Source of the DNA: Eledone cirrhosa
Taxonomy: Eukaryota
NCBI GenBank assembly: GCA_964016885.1
Contig: OZ024742.1
Span: 161,820,001-161,884,000, forward strand
DNA length: 64,000 nucleotides
Direction: 5' to 3'
Under the pieces are notes generated by a model that did no database searches, was not told the DNA's origin, and saw only the letters and a list, made by a program, of their open reading frames with translations. Shown piece after piece: positions 38,201-55,571 of this stretch. Numbering within the stretch: the stretch's first letter is position 1; each line of letters opens with the position of its first letter. The position numbers and the translations under genes were made by a program.

Positions 38201-38853
38201 ATTTTCTTTCGGACAGCAGGCAAGAAATGAAATTTGGCGAAGTGAATTCCTATCATATATTTATAGGGAGAGAGAGAGAGAGAGAGAGAGAGTGCGAGGG
38301 TAGGGGGCCACATGATGGCTGTGGGTGTTAGGCGTTTGACCGCCCCGTGCCTTCGAAGAAGGAAGAAGGAAAGGATTTTGCTTTTTTGCTTTTTTTGGGG
38401 TTTGAAAATACGTTAGGAATTAAGGTTTGAAAATAGCTAGCAAGAAGGTAATGATTGAGATGGGTCTATGCATTTAACAAGCGATTAACAAAAATACAAA
38501 ATTTGTTCAGTTAAATACGTCCAAAAACCTAAACGTATTTAGCACTTAATAGGAACAGAAAATGTGTAGTTTGTTTTAGCGATAGAATGGCTATTTGGAC
38601 TTGAAATACGAAATGAGAGAGAGAGAGAGAGGAGAGAGAGATGAAGTCTGTACCTTATGTTTACATGATTTTCTTTCGGACAGCAGGCAAGAAATGAAAT
38701 TTGGCGAAGTGAATTCCTATCATATATTTATAGGGAGAGAGAGAGAGAGAGAGAGAGTGCGAGGGTAGGGGGCCACATGATGGCTGTGGGTGTTAGGCGT
38801 TTGACCGCCCCGTGCCTTCGAAGAAGGAAGAAGGAAAGGATTTTGCTTTTTTG
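35172..38853 (-). repeat. ~465-bp tandem repeat, ~7.9 near-identical copies, immediately upstream of the RTE-C ORF
   Basis: Unit starts TAGCTAGCAAGAAGG at about 35172, 35637, 36106, 36571, 37037, 37502, 37967, 38434; copies vary mainly in (GA)n length. Confidence 0.95.
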
Positions 38854-38854
38854 G

Positions 38855-39010
<156 letters not shown>

Positions 39011-39169
39011 CTGTATATATATGTATATATATCTATGTGTATTTGTGTGTATATGTATACACATGTATATTTGTGTTTGTATGTATGTGTGTGAGTGTAT
39101 TTATATGTGTATATATATGTGTGTGTGCGTGCATGTATATATATGTATGTGTGTGTGTATGTATATATA

Positions 39170-39224
<55 letters not shown>

Positions 39225-39795
39225 ATGTATATGTATGTATATAAATATATTTATATATATGTGTGTGTGTGTTTTTATGTGTGTATATGTGTATGTGTAT
39301 TTATGGTTGCGCGTGAGTGTGTGAGTGAGTATGTTTTTTTGTGAATGTGTCTATTGATTTTTGGCATATAGTTGATTAGTTTAAGAGAAGTTCGAAGATA
39401 ATTGTAAGATATGCACTCAGTATTTTGAATCTGTCTACAGAATTCTCTAAACCTTTGTCACTTAGTAGAACCTTAATGATTTTTGCTTTTAAAGAATCTC
39501 CCTTTTCTTTAATTCTATCGACCATGACTGACCCCCAACTGATCTTATAGACATCTGTTAGCTTAAGAGAAACTTAATGACAAGGAATGGTATGCCATCC
39601 GGAACCTGTTTATAGAATTCTGTCTGCCCTTGTTACTCTAAAAACATAAATAAATAAAAATAAACTATAGCTTTGTAGAATTAGCTTTTAATGAATTCCC
39701 TTTTCTATCAACCAATGACGTACACCCATCCCACTCCCCACCCTCTCCTACCACTTGTAGAGACCTATAAATACCATTTTTATTTTCTGATACCC

Positions 39796-39846
39796 AGATT
39801 CCTGATGATTTCTAAAGAATGAAACAGTTCTAGTCCTGTAGAATCT
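39796..39846 (+). ncRNA. Type I hammerhead ribozyme (PLE-D, right arm)
   Basis: AGATTC-CTGATGA-T TTC TAAA GAA T-GAAA-CAG TTCTAGTC CTG-TA-GAATCT; GUA cleavage. Confidence 0.82.
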
Positions 39847-39864
39847 CATCTATATTAAAACTAT

Positions 39865-39900
<36 letters not shown>

Positions 39901-40179
39901 ATATTATATATATATATTATATATATATATATATTATATATATATATATATTATATATTATATATATATATATATTATATATTATATATATATATATATA
40001 TTATATATATATATTATATATATATATATATTATATATATATATTATATATATTATATATATATATTATATATATTATATATATATATTATATATATATA
40101 TATTATATATATATATTATATATATATATATTATATATATATATTATATATATATTATATATATATATATATTATATAT

Positions 40180-40815
40180 TAGGTATAGGATTATCCTAGA
40201 TGTAATAATGGTTAATTACTACACTGGATATGGTTGACGTACGGTGAGAGGTTACTCTACGAGTTATGGAAGAATTGTTGAAGAAACTTAGTTCCTGATC
40301 CTTCTGTATTCCGGAGTGTATATCAAGAATGAATAATAACAGGTAGACATCATAAAAAGGTAATTTATTCCGTGTGCTTACAAATGTTTCCACGGTGGTA
40401 CTACAGCCTAGTTATGCTATGTGCAAATTTACAACTATTTGCAGAACTCAAATATCCTCAGAGCAGAATGGTAAAAATGTACAATGTAAATACCATTAAG
40501 TGGGGTTGTTGGAGAAGATAGAGTAGAAAAGGAAGAGAGAAAAGTAGGGGAGAGAGAGAGAGAGAGAAAGATAGGCAGCGGTTGGAGAAATAGGAGAGAG
40601 TGGTTTGTAGATATCTTTATCAAAATGTTATGGTAGGGTTTTTATTATACTGGTTACTTTTGGATACAGTGGTCACAGCATTGGATATTTGAGTTCTGCA
40701 AATAGTTGTAAATTTGCACATAGCATAACTAGGCTGTAGTACCACCGTGGAAACATTTGTAAGCACACGGAATAAATTACCTTTTTATGATGTCTACCTG
40801 TTATTATTCATTCTT
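40180..40815. mobile_element. Short non-coding PLE-like terminus (family F) with inverted arm
   Basis: 40325-40457 and 40683-40815 are inverted copies; contains a hammerhead. Confidence 0.7.
40367..40469 (-). ncRNA. Type I hammerhead ribozyme with long stem II region (family F)
   Basis: ATTC TGCT-CTGAGGA-(~64 nt)-GAAA-CATTTG-TA-AGCA CACG GAAT; the base of stem II pairs weakly. Confidence 0.62.
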
Positions 40816-40817
40816 TA

Positions 40818-42900
40818 TCTATACAGGTTGAGGCCAATCTCTCGGTCGTTAATTACCTCGACGTTACCCTCAATTTATTGAATGGGTTGTATTACCCGTA
40901 TAGAAAGCCGAATGATACGCTTAATTACATAAGTAAGCATTCCAACCATCCTGCCAGCATAACCAAGAACCTGGTAAGAAACGTTTCGTTGAGGCTTTCC
41001 CGTCTTTCCACCAACGAGCGCATTTTCAACGACCATTCCACTTATTACAATGAAGCTCTTGCTCGAAGTGGATTTGTCGAAAAGGTAGCATATACAGAGT
41101 ACGAAAATAGACCTAGAAGAAATAGATCCCGTCGCATTTGTTGGTTTAACCCACCATATAATATGGAGGTGGCCACACCATTAGCTAAGATCTTTCTTTC
41201 CCTTATTACAAAGCATTTTCCCCCTACACATACATATAGTAAAATTTTAAATAGAAATACTATTAAAATTTCTTACTCTACGACTCCTAACCTTGCACAT
41301 AACATCACAGCTTCAAATATTTAGCTAAACTACCTAGCCGTAGGAACACGTGCAACCCTGTAGTTAGTACTAACTGTAATTGTAGGAATCGGGCTGATTG
41401 CCCCCTATCGGGGAAATGCCTCTCTAGTAACATTGTTTACAAATGTAAGGTTGTAACACCCACGTCCCGTAGGGCCTACATAGGGTTAACCGCCACTAGT
41501 TTCAAGCAGCGTCTTTACATGCATACCCATTCTTTTCGTTACCCTCTAAGAAGGAATATGACGTCACTTTCAGCTTATATCTGGAGTCTAAAAGACAAGC
41601 ACACCCAATATAAGTTACACTGGGAGATCCTAGCTAGGGCTAGATCGTATAATGGAAATAAAAGACCACGTGACCACTGCGCCGCTGAGGCCCTGGAAAT
41701 ACTCTACACCACAGACCACATCTTAAACAAAAAATCTGAGGCAATTTCGGCTTGTAAACATAAATTGCACAAAACTTTCCTGTATTACAGCCCCACGTTA
41801 TACCCTAACGGATAGCACGATCTATACGTGGATATTTTACGTCTTGATGTGGGAGCTAAGTATATGTTTTGTTTATTCCTTTACTTATTTGCATAGGTAA
41901 GTATATATTACCCGTATGTTTTGTGAAGGTACGTATACCTTCTCGTACGTATATTTGACTTATGGCGTATAATTTTTACATATTCTGGTATTTAGGGTTT
42001 GGCTATGTGTATACGGGAGTTTTGCGTCTGCGTGAGTATGCAGGTTCGTACGTATGGTGGGTGTGTGTATATGTGTACTTCTTGTTTTAGTTGACTTACG
42101 TCTCCGAACATTCGTTTATTTATATCTAGGTATGTGTGTGCGCTTGTTATATACGTATTTATTTATTTATATACGTTTATATAATTATTTATTTATTTGT
42201 ATATACGCATACACACACACACATATTTATATGTGCGTGGTTTTGTATACCTATGGTAAGGTTTTGCGTATGCTTGTGTATGTACGTATTTGTTTGCGTG
42301 TATGTATTTATTTATTTCTATTACTTCTGTATTGTATTTATTTACTTGTTCTTAACTCTGTAGCGGAGATTCATTCGGTCTCCTAGTTAGAACTTTAGTC
42401 TACGACTTCTGCTATACCATTTACGTGGTTTTGCCTTTGCGTGCTATTGTTCTCCACGCTCCACATATGACTTATTATCTTCGTTTTTTCGTTCATTGCC
42501 AGAGAACGTCTCTATGCACCACCTAAGAGAACATTAGTCTACGATCCCTTTTATACCATAAACGTGGTTCTGTCTTTGCGCGTAATGGTTTTTCACCGCT
42601 CCTATTAATGACGTATTATTTGTTTTTTCCCGTTCTTTGCCAACGAACGTTTCCACGAACCAAAGTATCGTCTTCCTGTCTTCCTCCGGTTGCAACGTTT
42701 TTTGAAATATCCAGTTCTGCGTTTACAGATTGACTTTGTTAGTTTCAGAAGATCCCGTTAAGGGTGAAAGCAGCGATTCTTTGCTTAAACTTTAATCTGT
42801 TATTTTAATAAATATTTGCTCTACGGTTCTTATATAATTGATATATATTTATCCTTATCGAGCCCTCTTTGGATTCTAGTCTTCAATTTTATTATTACTA
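40818..42900 (+). mobile_element. PLE-A2 second copy, 5'-truncated, frameshifted
   Basis: Reverse complement of ~5831-7920; ORFs 40878-41324 and 41519-41815. Confidence 0.93.
42725..42800 (+). ncRNA. Type I hammerhead, CAGAAGA variant (PLE-A2 copy 2)
   Basis: Same fold as 5932-6007 with two substitutions. Confidence 0.68.
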
Positions 42901-43023
42901 TATTATATATATATATATATTATATATATATATATATATTATATATATATATATATTATATATATATATATATATTATATATATATATATATATTATATA
43001 TATATATATATATTATATATATA

Positions 43024-43068
<45 letters not shown>

Positions 43069-43224
43069 ATATATATTATATATATATATTATATATATAT
43101 ATTATATATATATATATTATATATATATATATTATATATATATATATATATTATATATATATATATATTATATATATATATTATATATATATATATTATA
43201 TATATATATATATTATATATATAT

Positions 43225-46200
43225 GCAAAAGTTTTATTTAAAATTGTTGGGTTACAACGAGTAAATATTTTATAACTGATATAAAAGCACTCAACAGATT
43301 TTGGAGTAGGTTTACGATATTAAACAAATGGAAACTATATTTATAAAACCATATTTATGTCATTATATATATTTCAGGGATATCATATTAAAAATATGGT
43401 ATGCCTTCCTCAGACAAAATACAATATATAAACCGTTTTATAAATAAATTTGACATACCTTAAACAGTGCAACTTCCATTTAAAAAGTTGATTGGTAGTG
43501 AAAATGTTAAGGACAGTTAGAAAGAAAGACGAAGAGAAAAAAGAAAAAAAAAGAAGAGAAGAAGAAAGAAAGTGTATAGTGCTAAGGACAGTTAGAGAAG
43601 AAGATGAAGAGATGTATGTAAAGAAAAACAACAGAGCGAGATAGAGAGAGAAAGAGATATGGGAGAGAGAAATATATTGAGGAAGTGAAAAATGATAGGC
43701 AGCTTGGGGACAGATGATCAGCGTACAAATGAGAGATTAAGGAGGGAAGGGGGTACTGTAATTATTTATTTATTTAGTTATAGTGTTAAGGATACGGAGA
43801 GAAATAAAAATACAAATAAAATTAAAAATAAAGATAAATAAAGAGAAGTAGAGAGAGATATAGGTGGTGGGAGAAAAGAGGTAGATCGAGTAATATCTAT
43901 CATACGAGGTGGGAGAGATACAGTTAAAACAGCCGATACATAAATCCCGTCAAGTGTAGAGGAGAAAAAGAAAGAAAGATGATATATTTAAAATATTATG
44001 TCTCATCCATTTGAATTATCAATTCATATGAATTAGGTATTATAATGTAAATATCAATATTCATGAATGAGACACATATCAATAATGTGTGAAAAAATGA
44101 AAAAAATAATGACCCCATGTTTAGTTTAAAAATTCTTAGGTTTATAATCAAAATCTGTGATAAAACTTCAAAAATACTGAAATACATAAGTATATATGTA
44201 TTTTCATGAAAAAAGAAAAAGAGAAAAGAGAAGGTTATCTCAAATTCAAGTTTACAATTATAGACACACATGTGAATTTACGTGATCGGCTCTGTAAATT
44301 CATATTTTTCATGAAAAGCTTCATTGCGTTACAAAAGATTCCACCATACATATATGTACATACATATATATATAGACATAAAATATACATTAATATTAAT
44401 AATAATATTCTTGCCCTCATTTACATGATTATCGTTCAAGCATAGAATAGACAACAGATATCAATATATTAAAAACGCCAAGAATATCTTCGTCACTCCC
44501 CAGAGTAACTAGGGACGTAAGAAAACATAGTATGCCACGCTTATCAACCACAGAAAACCACCCTTCCAATTTATTTGACAATATATTGTCAAGTTCATTA
44601 GAAGCAATCAGAATCAAAAGCAAACAAAACCAAAATTATTCAACAAACCTTATTTAGCAGAAATCATTAAAAAAAAAAAAAAAAAAATTTATTCTACAAA
44701 TGCTCTTATATTTATTATAGAAGTTTATCTAGCTTAAAAAATTATTCAATAGATTGGGAACATCACCATTATAGGGTAGTTTAATTAATCTCATTAATTA
44801 TATACTCATGCAGAAGGTTTTAAAAAAATTGAAGGAATCGAAAGATTTATCGGCAAGTTTCATAAATAGTTAAATATCTTAAGTAAATATACTACATTTA
44901 AAATTTATATTTATATTTAAAAGTTGAGTTCAATCTATGTCTGCAGCAGCTGAATAAATTGGTCCGTAAATTAAGGGAATTTTTAGATTTTAGTATAAAG
45001 AATATCTCCTCCGCGCAGAGGTCACATGTCTCAGAAGAGGAATTAAAAGGAATCCCTTTTGAGACTATATTCCAAACCATCGAATATCCAACGTTATCAT
45101 GTTTAAGTTGCCAGAGTAAGCCTGATAGTGATGTTGAAGATTTTTTATTTGGATCCGTGAAAGAATTCTTGTGATTATTATAGCGAAGTTTAAATTCTGT
45201 CGAGGTGGAACGAACATAATTAAAAGAATTTAAGTCAGTTTTAACATTACAGTTGTATATTATATTTTTAACTAAGCAATTGTTATTTAGCGGACATTTA
45301 GATCTATCTCTACAGTTACAGTTGAATATTGTTACTTGAATATTGTTTAGGCTATTTTCGGTATTTTGGCTAGGTTTTAGATTACTATTATTTATTCTAT
45401 TAATATTTTGTGCTAAATTTTTGGTGGACGAGTATGTTAATTGAAAATTGAGTGATATTTATGTGTTCTAGGGAAGCGTTTGTCGAGAGCATTAAAAAAT
45501 AGTTTAGCGATGTGGGTTTTAATGTTTAGTGAGAAAGGGGGGGGGGGGGGCAAACCATATTATATTTCTAGTTCTATTTCTTTTCTGGTTTTTGGAATTA
45601 TTGTAATGCTTTCTATTATAGTTGTTTAAGTTGTTACTGTAATTAAAATTGTTGTTATTTTGGTTAGTTTGTCTATTATCGGTGTACATAATTTTATCAC
45701 TATATCCTGCTCTAGCTAACGCATCATTGTAATACTGGGCTTTTTCGTCGAAAATATTTTTATTAGATGAGATACGTTTTTGAACAGAGTTCACTATAGT
45801 ATTTTTGACAGATCTGGGGTGATTAGAGCTAAAACTGACATAATTCAAGTTTTCATTTAACTTGTGAAATGGATAGTGAAGGCATGTGTTGTGATTTAAT
45901 GTTACATCTAGGAAATTGACTATTCTATGGTTATTCTCAATTTCTATTTTTAGATTAAGGTAATTAAAAAATTGTATAATTTGTTTTCATTTTCTATTTA
46001 GTTCAGAGTTATTATTTTCAATAAGTAAAAGCATGTCATCTCTATATAATCCTCCGGTAACACCGGGTATTTTCCTATGCAGCGAATTAATTATAAATAG
46101 GCCCACAAGGTCCGTTACCTGAGCATGGGGTCATTATTTTTTTCATTTTTTCACACATTATTGATATGTGTCTCATTCATGAATATTGATATTTACATTA

Positions 46201-46675
46201 TAATACCTAATTCATATGAATTGATAATTCAAATGGATGAGACATAATATTTTAAATATATCATCTTTCTTTCTTTTTCTCCTCTACACTTGACGGGATT
46301 TATGTATCGGCTGTTTTAACTGTATCTCTCCCACCTCGTATGATAGATATTACTCGATCTACCTCTTTTCTCCCACCACCTATATCTCTCTCTACTTCTC
46401 TTTATTTATCTTTATTTTTAATTTTATTTTTATTTTTATTTCTCTCCGTATCCTTAACACTATAACTAAATAAATAAATAATTACAGTACCCCCTTCCCT
46501 CCTTAATCTCTCATTTGTACGCTGATCATCTGTCCCCAAGCTGCCTATCATTTTTCACTTCCTCAATATATTTCTCTCTCCCATATCTCTTTCTCTCTCT
46601 ATCTCGCTCTGTTGTTTTTCTTTACATACATCTCTTCATCTTCTTCTCTAACTGTCCTTAGCACTATACACTTTC
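43225..46675. mobile_element. PLE family H (Naiad-type), decayed body on minus (44898-46125), long UTR, and an inverted arm (46126-46675) running into the gap
   Basis: GGLYRDD, NFLDV, SNHP, CNC..CPL, CDLC..CRH remnants; 46126-46675 is the reverse complement of ~43568-44117. Confidence 0.85.
43350..43428 (-). ncRNA. Type I hammerhead ribozyme (PLE-H)
   Basis: TATATT G TAT T TTGT-CTGAGGA-AGG..CATATT TTT AATATG..CCT-GAAA-TATATA-TA-ATGA C ATA AATATG. Confidence 0.72.
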
Positions 46676-46875
46676 NNNNNNNNNNNNNNNNNNNNNNNNN
46701 NNNNNNNNNNNNNNNNNNNNNNNNNNNNNNNNNNNNNNNNNNNNNNNNNNNNNNNNNNNNNNNNNNNNNNNNNNNNNNNNNNNNNNNNNNNNNNNNNNNN
46801 NNNNNNNNNNNNNNNNNNNNNNNNNNNNNNNNNNNNNNNNNNNNNNNNNNNNNNNNNNNNNNNNNNNNNNNNNNN
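46676..46875. other. Assembly gap (200 N)
   Basis: Run of N. Confidence 1.
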
Positions 46876-49139
<2,264 letters not shown>

Positions 49140-49156
49140 GTATATATATGTATATA

Positions 49157-49206
<50 letters not shown>

Positions 49207-49353
49207 AGAATTAAAATACTAGAGTGCGTTGGAGTAAAACACACTCGTCGTATTATAGAAATGACAGTATAGGATATAGCTCAATGTAATACAACAGAGC
49301 CGAAAAATTATAAAAATAGACAAAGAAGCCTTCAATACATCAAAAGTCTTTAT

Positions 49354-49398
49354 TAGCCTACAATGTTTCGTCCCATTAATAAGGACTCATCAGGGCAA
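49354..49398 (-). ncRNA. Type I hammerhead ribozyme (PLE-E, inverted copy)
   Basis: Reverse complement of 52092-52136 with one stem I change. Confidence 0.85.
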
Positions 49399-52091
49399 TT
49401 ATTACCCATAATATCCCATAATATGGCCTTGAATGGGAGTAGAAAACATAGGAATCATAGAAATATTATAGATATATCCAAACCGAACCCTAAGTTTAGC
49501 TATCGAAATAGTAGTCGGATTAGTGAATCTAATGGTACGCATATCGAGATCAGTTCTAGGGAGCAGGATAGGCGCTCTGAACGTTCACCCAGTGGTAATG
49601 TCTTAACTGCTTTAATAGTGTTAATTCAACTGATCCTCATATTAACCCTGATCCTATTAATAGGATACCAGATTACTGTAGAGATAGTAAAGGTAGGAAT
49701 AGGAGGAGACTCAATACTTACTTTAACCCGCCTTTTGATCATGAAGTATTAACTAATATCCCTAGGTCTTTCTTTTCTATCTTAGAGAAAAATTTCCCTC
49801 CTACTAATAAATATCATGGTATATTTAATAAAAACGTAATTAAACTCTCCTTCTCTACCACCCCTAACATTAATTCTCATCTAGCTAGCACTAACAATAG
49901 GAAAATTAGGGATAGCTACTCCTCTTTGCGTACTGCTAATCTGGATAGCTCTATTGATAACTTACCACCCGGAAGTGTAACTGTAGAGTAAGTAATAACT
50001 GCCCTTTAAATGGTCACTGCCTCTCTAGGAACATTGTTTATGCTTGTGAAGTTAGGACTAATTCTTCTTGTAGCACATATATAGGCTCCACATCTAATAC
50101 TTTTAAAACTAGGTTTAATTCACATATTTCTAATTTTAAGCATATCAAGTTTAAGAATTCTACTTCTTTGGCACACCATATCTGGGATTTAAAAGGGGCT
50201 GGTATACCATATAGCGTAAATTGGCGAATAGTAGCACACTCTAATCACCTATCAACATACACTAAATTCTGTAATCTTTGTATCCTAGAGACCCATTCTA
50301 TAATTTTCTCTAGGAGCATATTGCTTAATAGAAAATCTGAGATATTTTCTTCCTGTCCGCATGCCATTTCTAATTCTTTCTTCTATTATAGACCTAAAAG
50401 TTCCGGTAGTTTAAACCGTATCCATTAGCTGCTATATTTCCCTATCTCTTTGGTTTTAGTTCATTTTTATTACCATTATTATTAATTTTCTACGGTGGTT
50501 TCGATTTTCGAATTTTAGTTTTCATAGTCGTATTAGCTACCTTACCATATCTATCATCTTGAACATTATTACATTTTTACTCAATATTATCGCCTTGTAA
50601 GTTTGTATCTTATTGAATAGTTTAATTTTGGGTTTCCTACATCTAAAACTAATGAACCTCCTCCTTTCCACACTTCATATTCGCCCCTTTTTATTATATT
50701 ATATATTAATTCTACTTTTATACTCCTTTTTATTATATTATATTATATATTAATTTTTACTTTTATGATCCTTCCTATCCTCCATAGTTTCACTTCTTTC
50801 TGTTCCCATTGGTCTACCATAGTTTTATTTAGAGTTTTTTCTTTGATAACGTAATTCATCTGATCGGATCGTAATATATATTATATTATAGTTTTTATTG
50901 AAATATCCTAATTTTATACGACTTTGATGACTTAAACTTTATTCCATTTAGAGTTACTAATAATATCTTTTAGGCAATTTTAATATTAATTAATTTAATA
51001 AGGTTTTCTATTCAACTCTTTAGTTTAGAATAATAATACCTTCTATATTTACATAATGAATGGTTATACCTACGTACTCTGCTTGTTTTTGTTTTTTGTT
51101 TTTGTTCTTCGTTTTATTTTATTTTATTTATTTTTTACTACCACTTGATGTCTGTCTTCCTATCATCATCATCATTACTTCTTCACTACCACTTGCTGTT
51201 TTGTCTTCTTATAATATGCTTTGCATCATAACATGCCTCCCTATATTAATATATTAATCACGTAAATATCTCTTAAACATTTTCAATTGACTCTGCCAGT
51301 CTGCTTTTATATTTTTATATTATTATATTATTTATCATTATAATATTAACATTTATATATCATATTATTTCTATGTAATGGAATTATACGTATTATTTTA
51401 TGTCTGATTTTTAAGGTACTGTTTTGTTATATTTTATAATATTTTGTAATATTTTATGAATGTAAACTGCATATACCCCTATATACTTATTATCAATACT
51501 TTATGTATTTATGTATATATATATATTTTTCAACATACTCCAGTTTTATTATGATATTTTTTCTTGCCCTGTGTAAAACTTTATATACAACTAGTTGACA
51601 TTAAGTGATATGTATGATGTAGTTGTGTATATTTTTGATGTCAGTATATTATTATATTATTTCTTGTATAGCTTATTTTTTGTATAGTTTATTTTTTGTA
51701 TAGTTTATGAGCACCGTCAAGGTGATTTTTATATTATAACGAGTATATTTATACTTATTGTTAGTATATGTTTGTGTAAATGTGTATATATATGGATATA
51801 TATATATATATACATATATTAAGCTTTATAGTTCTTATTACCCATTATATTGTATTGTAATTCTCATATTATATTACCATGTTGTATTTAATGTATTTGT
51901 ATTATACTGTAATTTCAACGTTGGTTTGACATTTTACTCACTTTCTTGCACTATAATCTATTTTTGTAACTGCAAACTTTTAGCTTTAGCATGCTTTTCC
52001 TTCATATCTCTCATAAGCTTTCATGGATATGAATTCCCTATTCTTCTGAGTTTTGGGTTGTTCTGGCCGTTAATGCTTCTTATCTGTTTAA

Positions 52092-52136
52092 TTGCCCTGA
52101 TGAGTCCTTATTAATGGGACGAAACATTGTAGGCAA
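52092..52136 (+). ncRNA. Canonical minimal type I hammerhead ribozyme (PLE-E)
   Basis: TTGCC-CTGATGA-GTCCT TATTAAT GGGAC-GAAA-CATTG-TA-GGCAA. Confidence 0.92.
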
Positions 52137-52183
52137 CTAAAGACTTTTGATGTATTGAAGGCTTCTTTGTCTATTTTTATAAT

Positions 52184-52664
52184 ATATGTATATATATATA
52201 TATATAAATATGTATATATATGTATATATATATGTATATATATGTATATATATGTATATATATATATGTATATATATGTATATATATGTATATATATATG
52301 TATATATATATATGTATATATATATGTATATATATATATATATGTATATATATGTATATATATGTATATATATATGTATATATATATATGTATATATATA
52401 TATGTATATATATATGTATATATATCTATATATATATATGTATATATATATGTATATATATATGTATATATATATATATATGTATATATATGTATATATA
52501 TGTATATATATATGTATATATAGGTATATATTTATGTATATATATGTATATATATATATATATGTATATATATATGTATATATATGTATATATATGTATA
52601 TATATATGTATATATATATATATATATGTATATGTATATGTATATATATATATATATGTATATA

Positions 52665-52715
<51 letters not shown>

Positions 52716-52732
52716 GTATATATATATGTATA

Positions 52733-52775
<43 letters not shown>

Positions 52776-52776
52776 G

Positions 52777-52807
<31 letters not shown>

Positions 52808-52832
52808 GTATATATATATATATATATGTATA

Positions 52833-52893
<61 letters not shown>

Positions 52894-52894
52894 G

Positions 52895-52925
<31 letters not shown>

Positions 52926-53088
52926 GTATATATATATATATATATGTATATATTTATATATATGTATAAATATATGTATATATATATATGTATGTATATA
53001 TATATGTATATTTATATATATATGTATATATATATGTATATATATGTATATATATATGCATATATGTATATATATGTATATATATATG

Positions 53089-53119
<31 letters not shown>

Positions 53120-53145
53120 GTATATATAATATATGTATATATATA
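52184..53145. repeat. (TA)nTG compound microsatellite; also at 54930-55590 and 63820-63956
   Basis: Direct reading of the sequence. Confidence 0.95.
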
Positions 53146-53231
53146 TAAGTTGTAATAAAATGAAAACGAAATTTCATTTCTCACTCTTAGTACGGCACTT
53201 ACATACATACATACTTACATATATATATATA

Positions 53232-54770
<1,539 letters not shown>

Positions 54771-54934
54771 ATATATGTATATATATGTATATATATATAT
54801 GTAAAAACAAATAACGAAGCGAAATTAAATTTCGTTTCGTTTGTAACTCACTTTTGTATGACTGACGCTTAAACAATTAAGTTAAAAGTGTACATCCACA
54901 TATGTATACTTAACTATACTTTAACTTAATTATA

Positions 54935-55031
<97 letters not shown>

Positions 55032-55062
55032 GTATATATATATATAGGTATATATATATATG

Positions 55063-55171
<109 letters not shown>

Positions 55172-55178
55172 GTATATA

Positions 55179-55245
<67 letters not shown>

Positions 55246-55310
55246 GTATGTATGTATATGTATATATATATGTATGTATATGTATATATATATATGTATA
55301 TATATATGTA

Positions 55311-55341
<31 letters not shown>

Positions 55342-55524
55342 ATATATATGTATATATGTATATATATGTATATATATATGTATATATATGTATATATATA
55401 TATGTATATATATATATATGTATATATATAGATATATATGTATATATATATGTATATATATAGATATATATGTATATATATATATATGTATATATATAGA
55501 TATATATGTATATATATATATATG

Positions 55525-55571
<47 letters not shown>

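Larger units (their letters stand above)
31391..38853 (-). mobile_element. RTE-C, apparently full length, with a tandem-repeat 5' region
   Basis: (CAT)n tail at 31391, 3' UTR, intact ORF, contiguous 465-bp array; flanking PLE-D UTR sequence resumes on both sides. Confidence 0.85.
49205..52183. mobile_element. PLE family E (Naiad-type): decayed GIY-YIG remnant (+, ~49760-50428), long AT-rich UTR, inverted terminus at left
   Basis: CNCRVSNNCPLNGHC, IVY..YIG, CNLC, SCPH; 49307-49400 is the inverse of 52090-52183. Confidence 0.85.

Noticed and set aside
49363-49752. 129-aa ORF with a hydrophobic C-terminus
   Set aside because: Starts antisense within the hammerhead of an inverted PLE arm and has no recognisable motif; likely spurious, although 49400-49760 remains unexplained.
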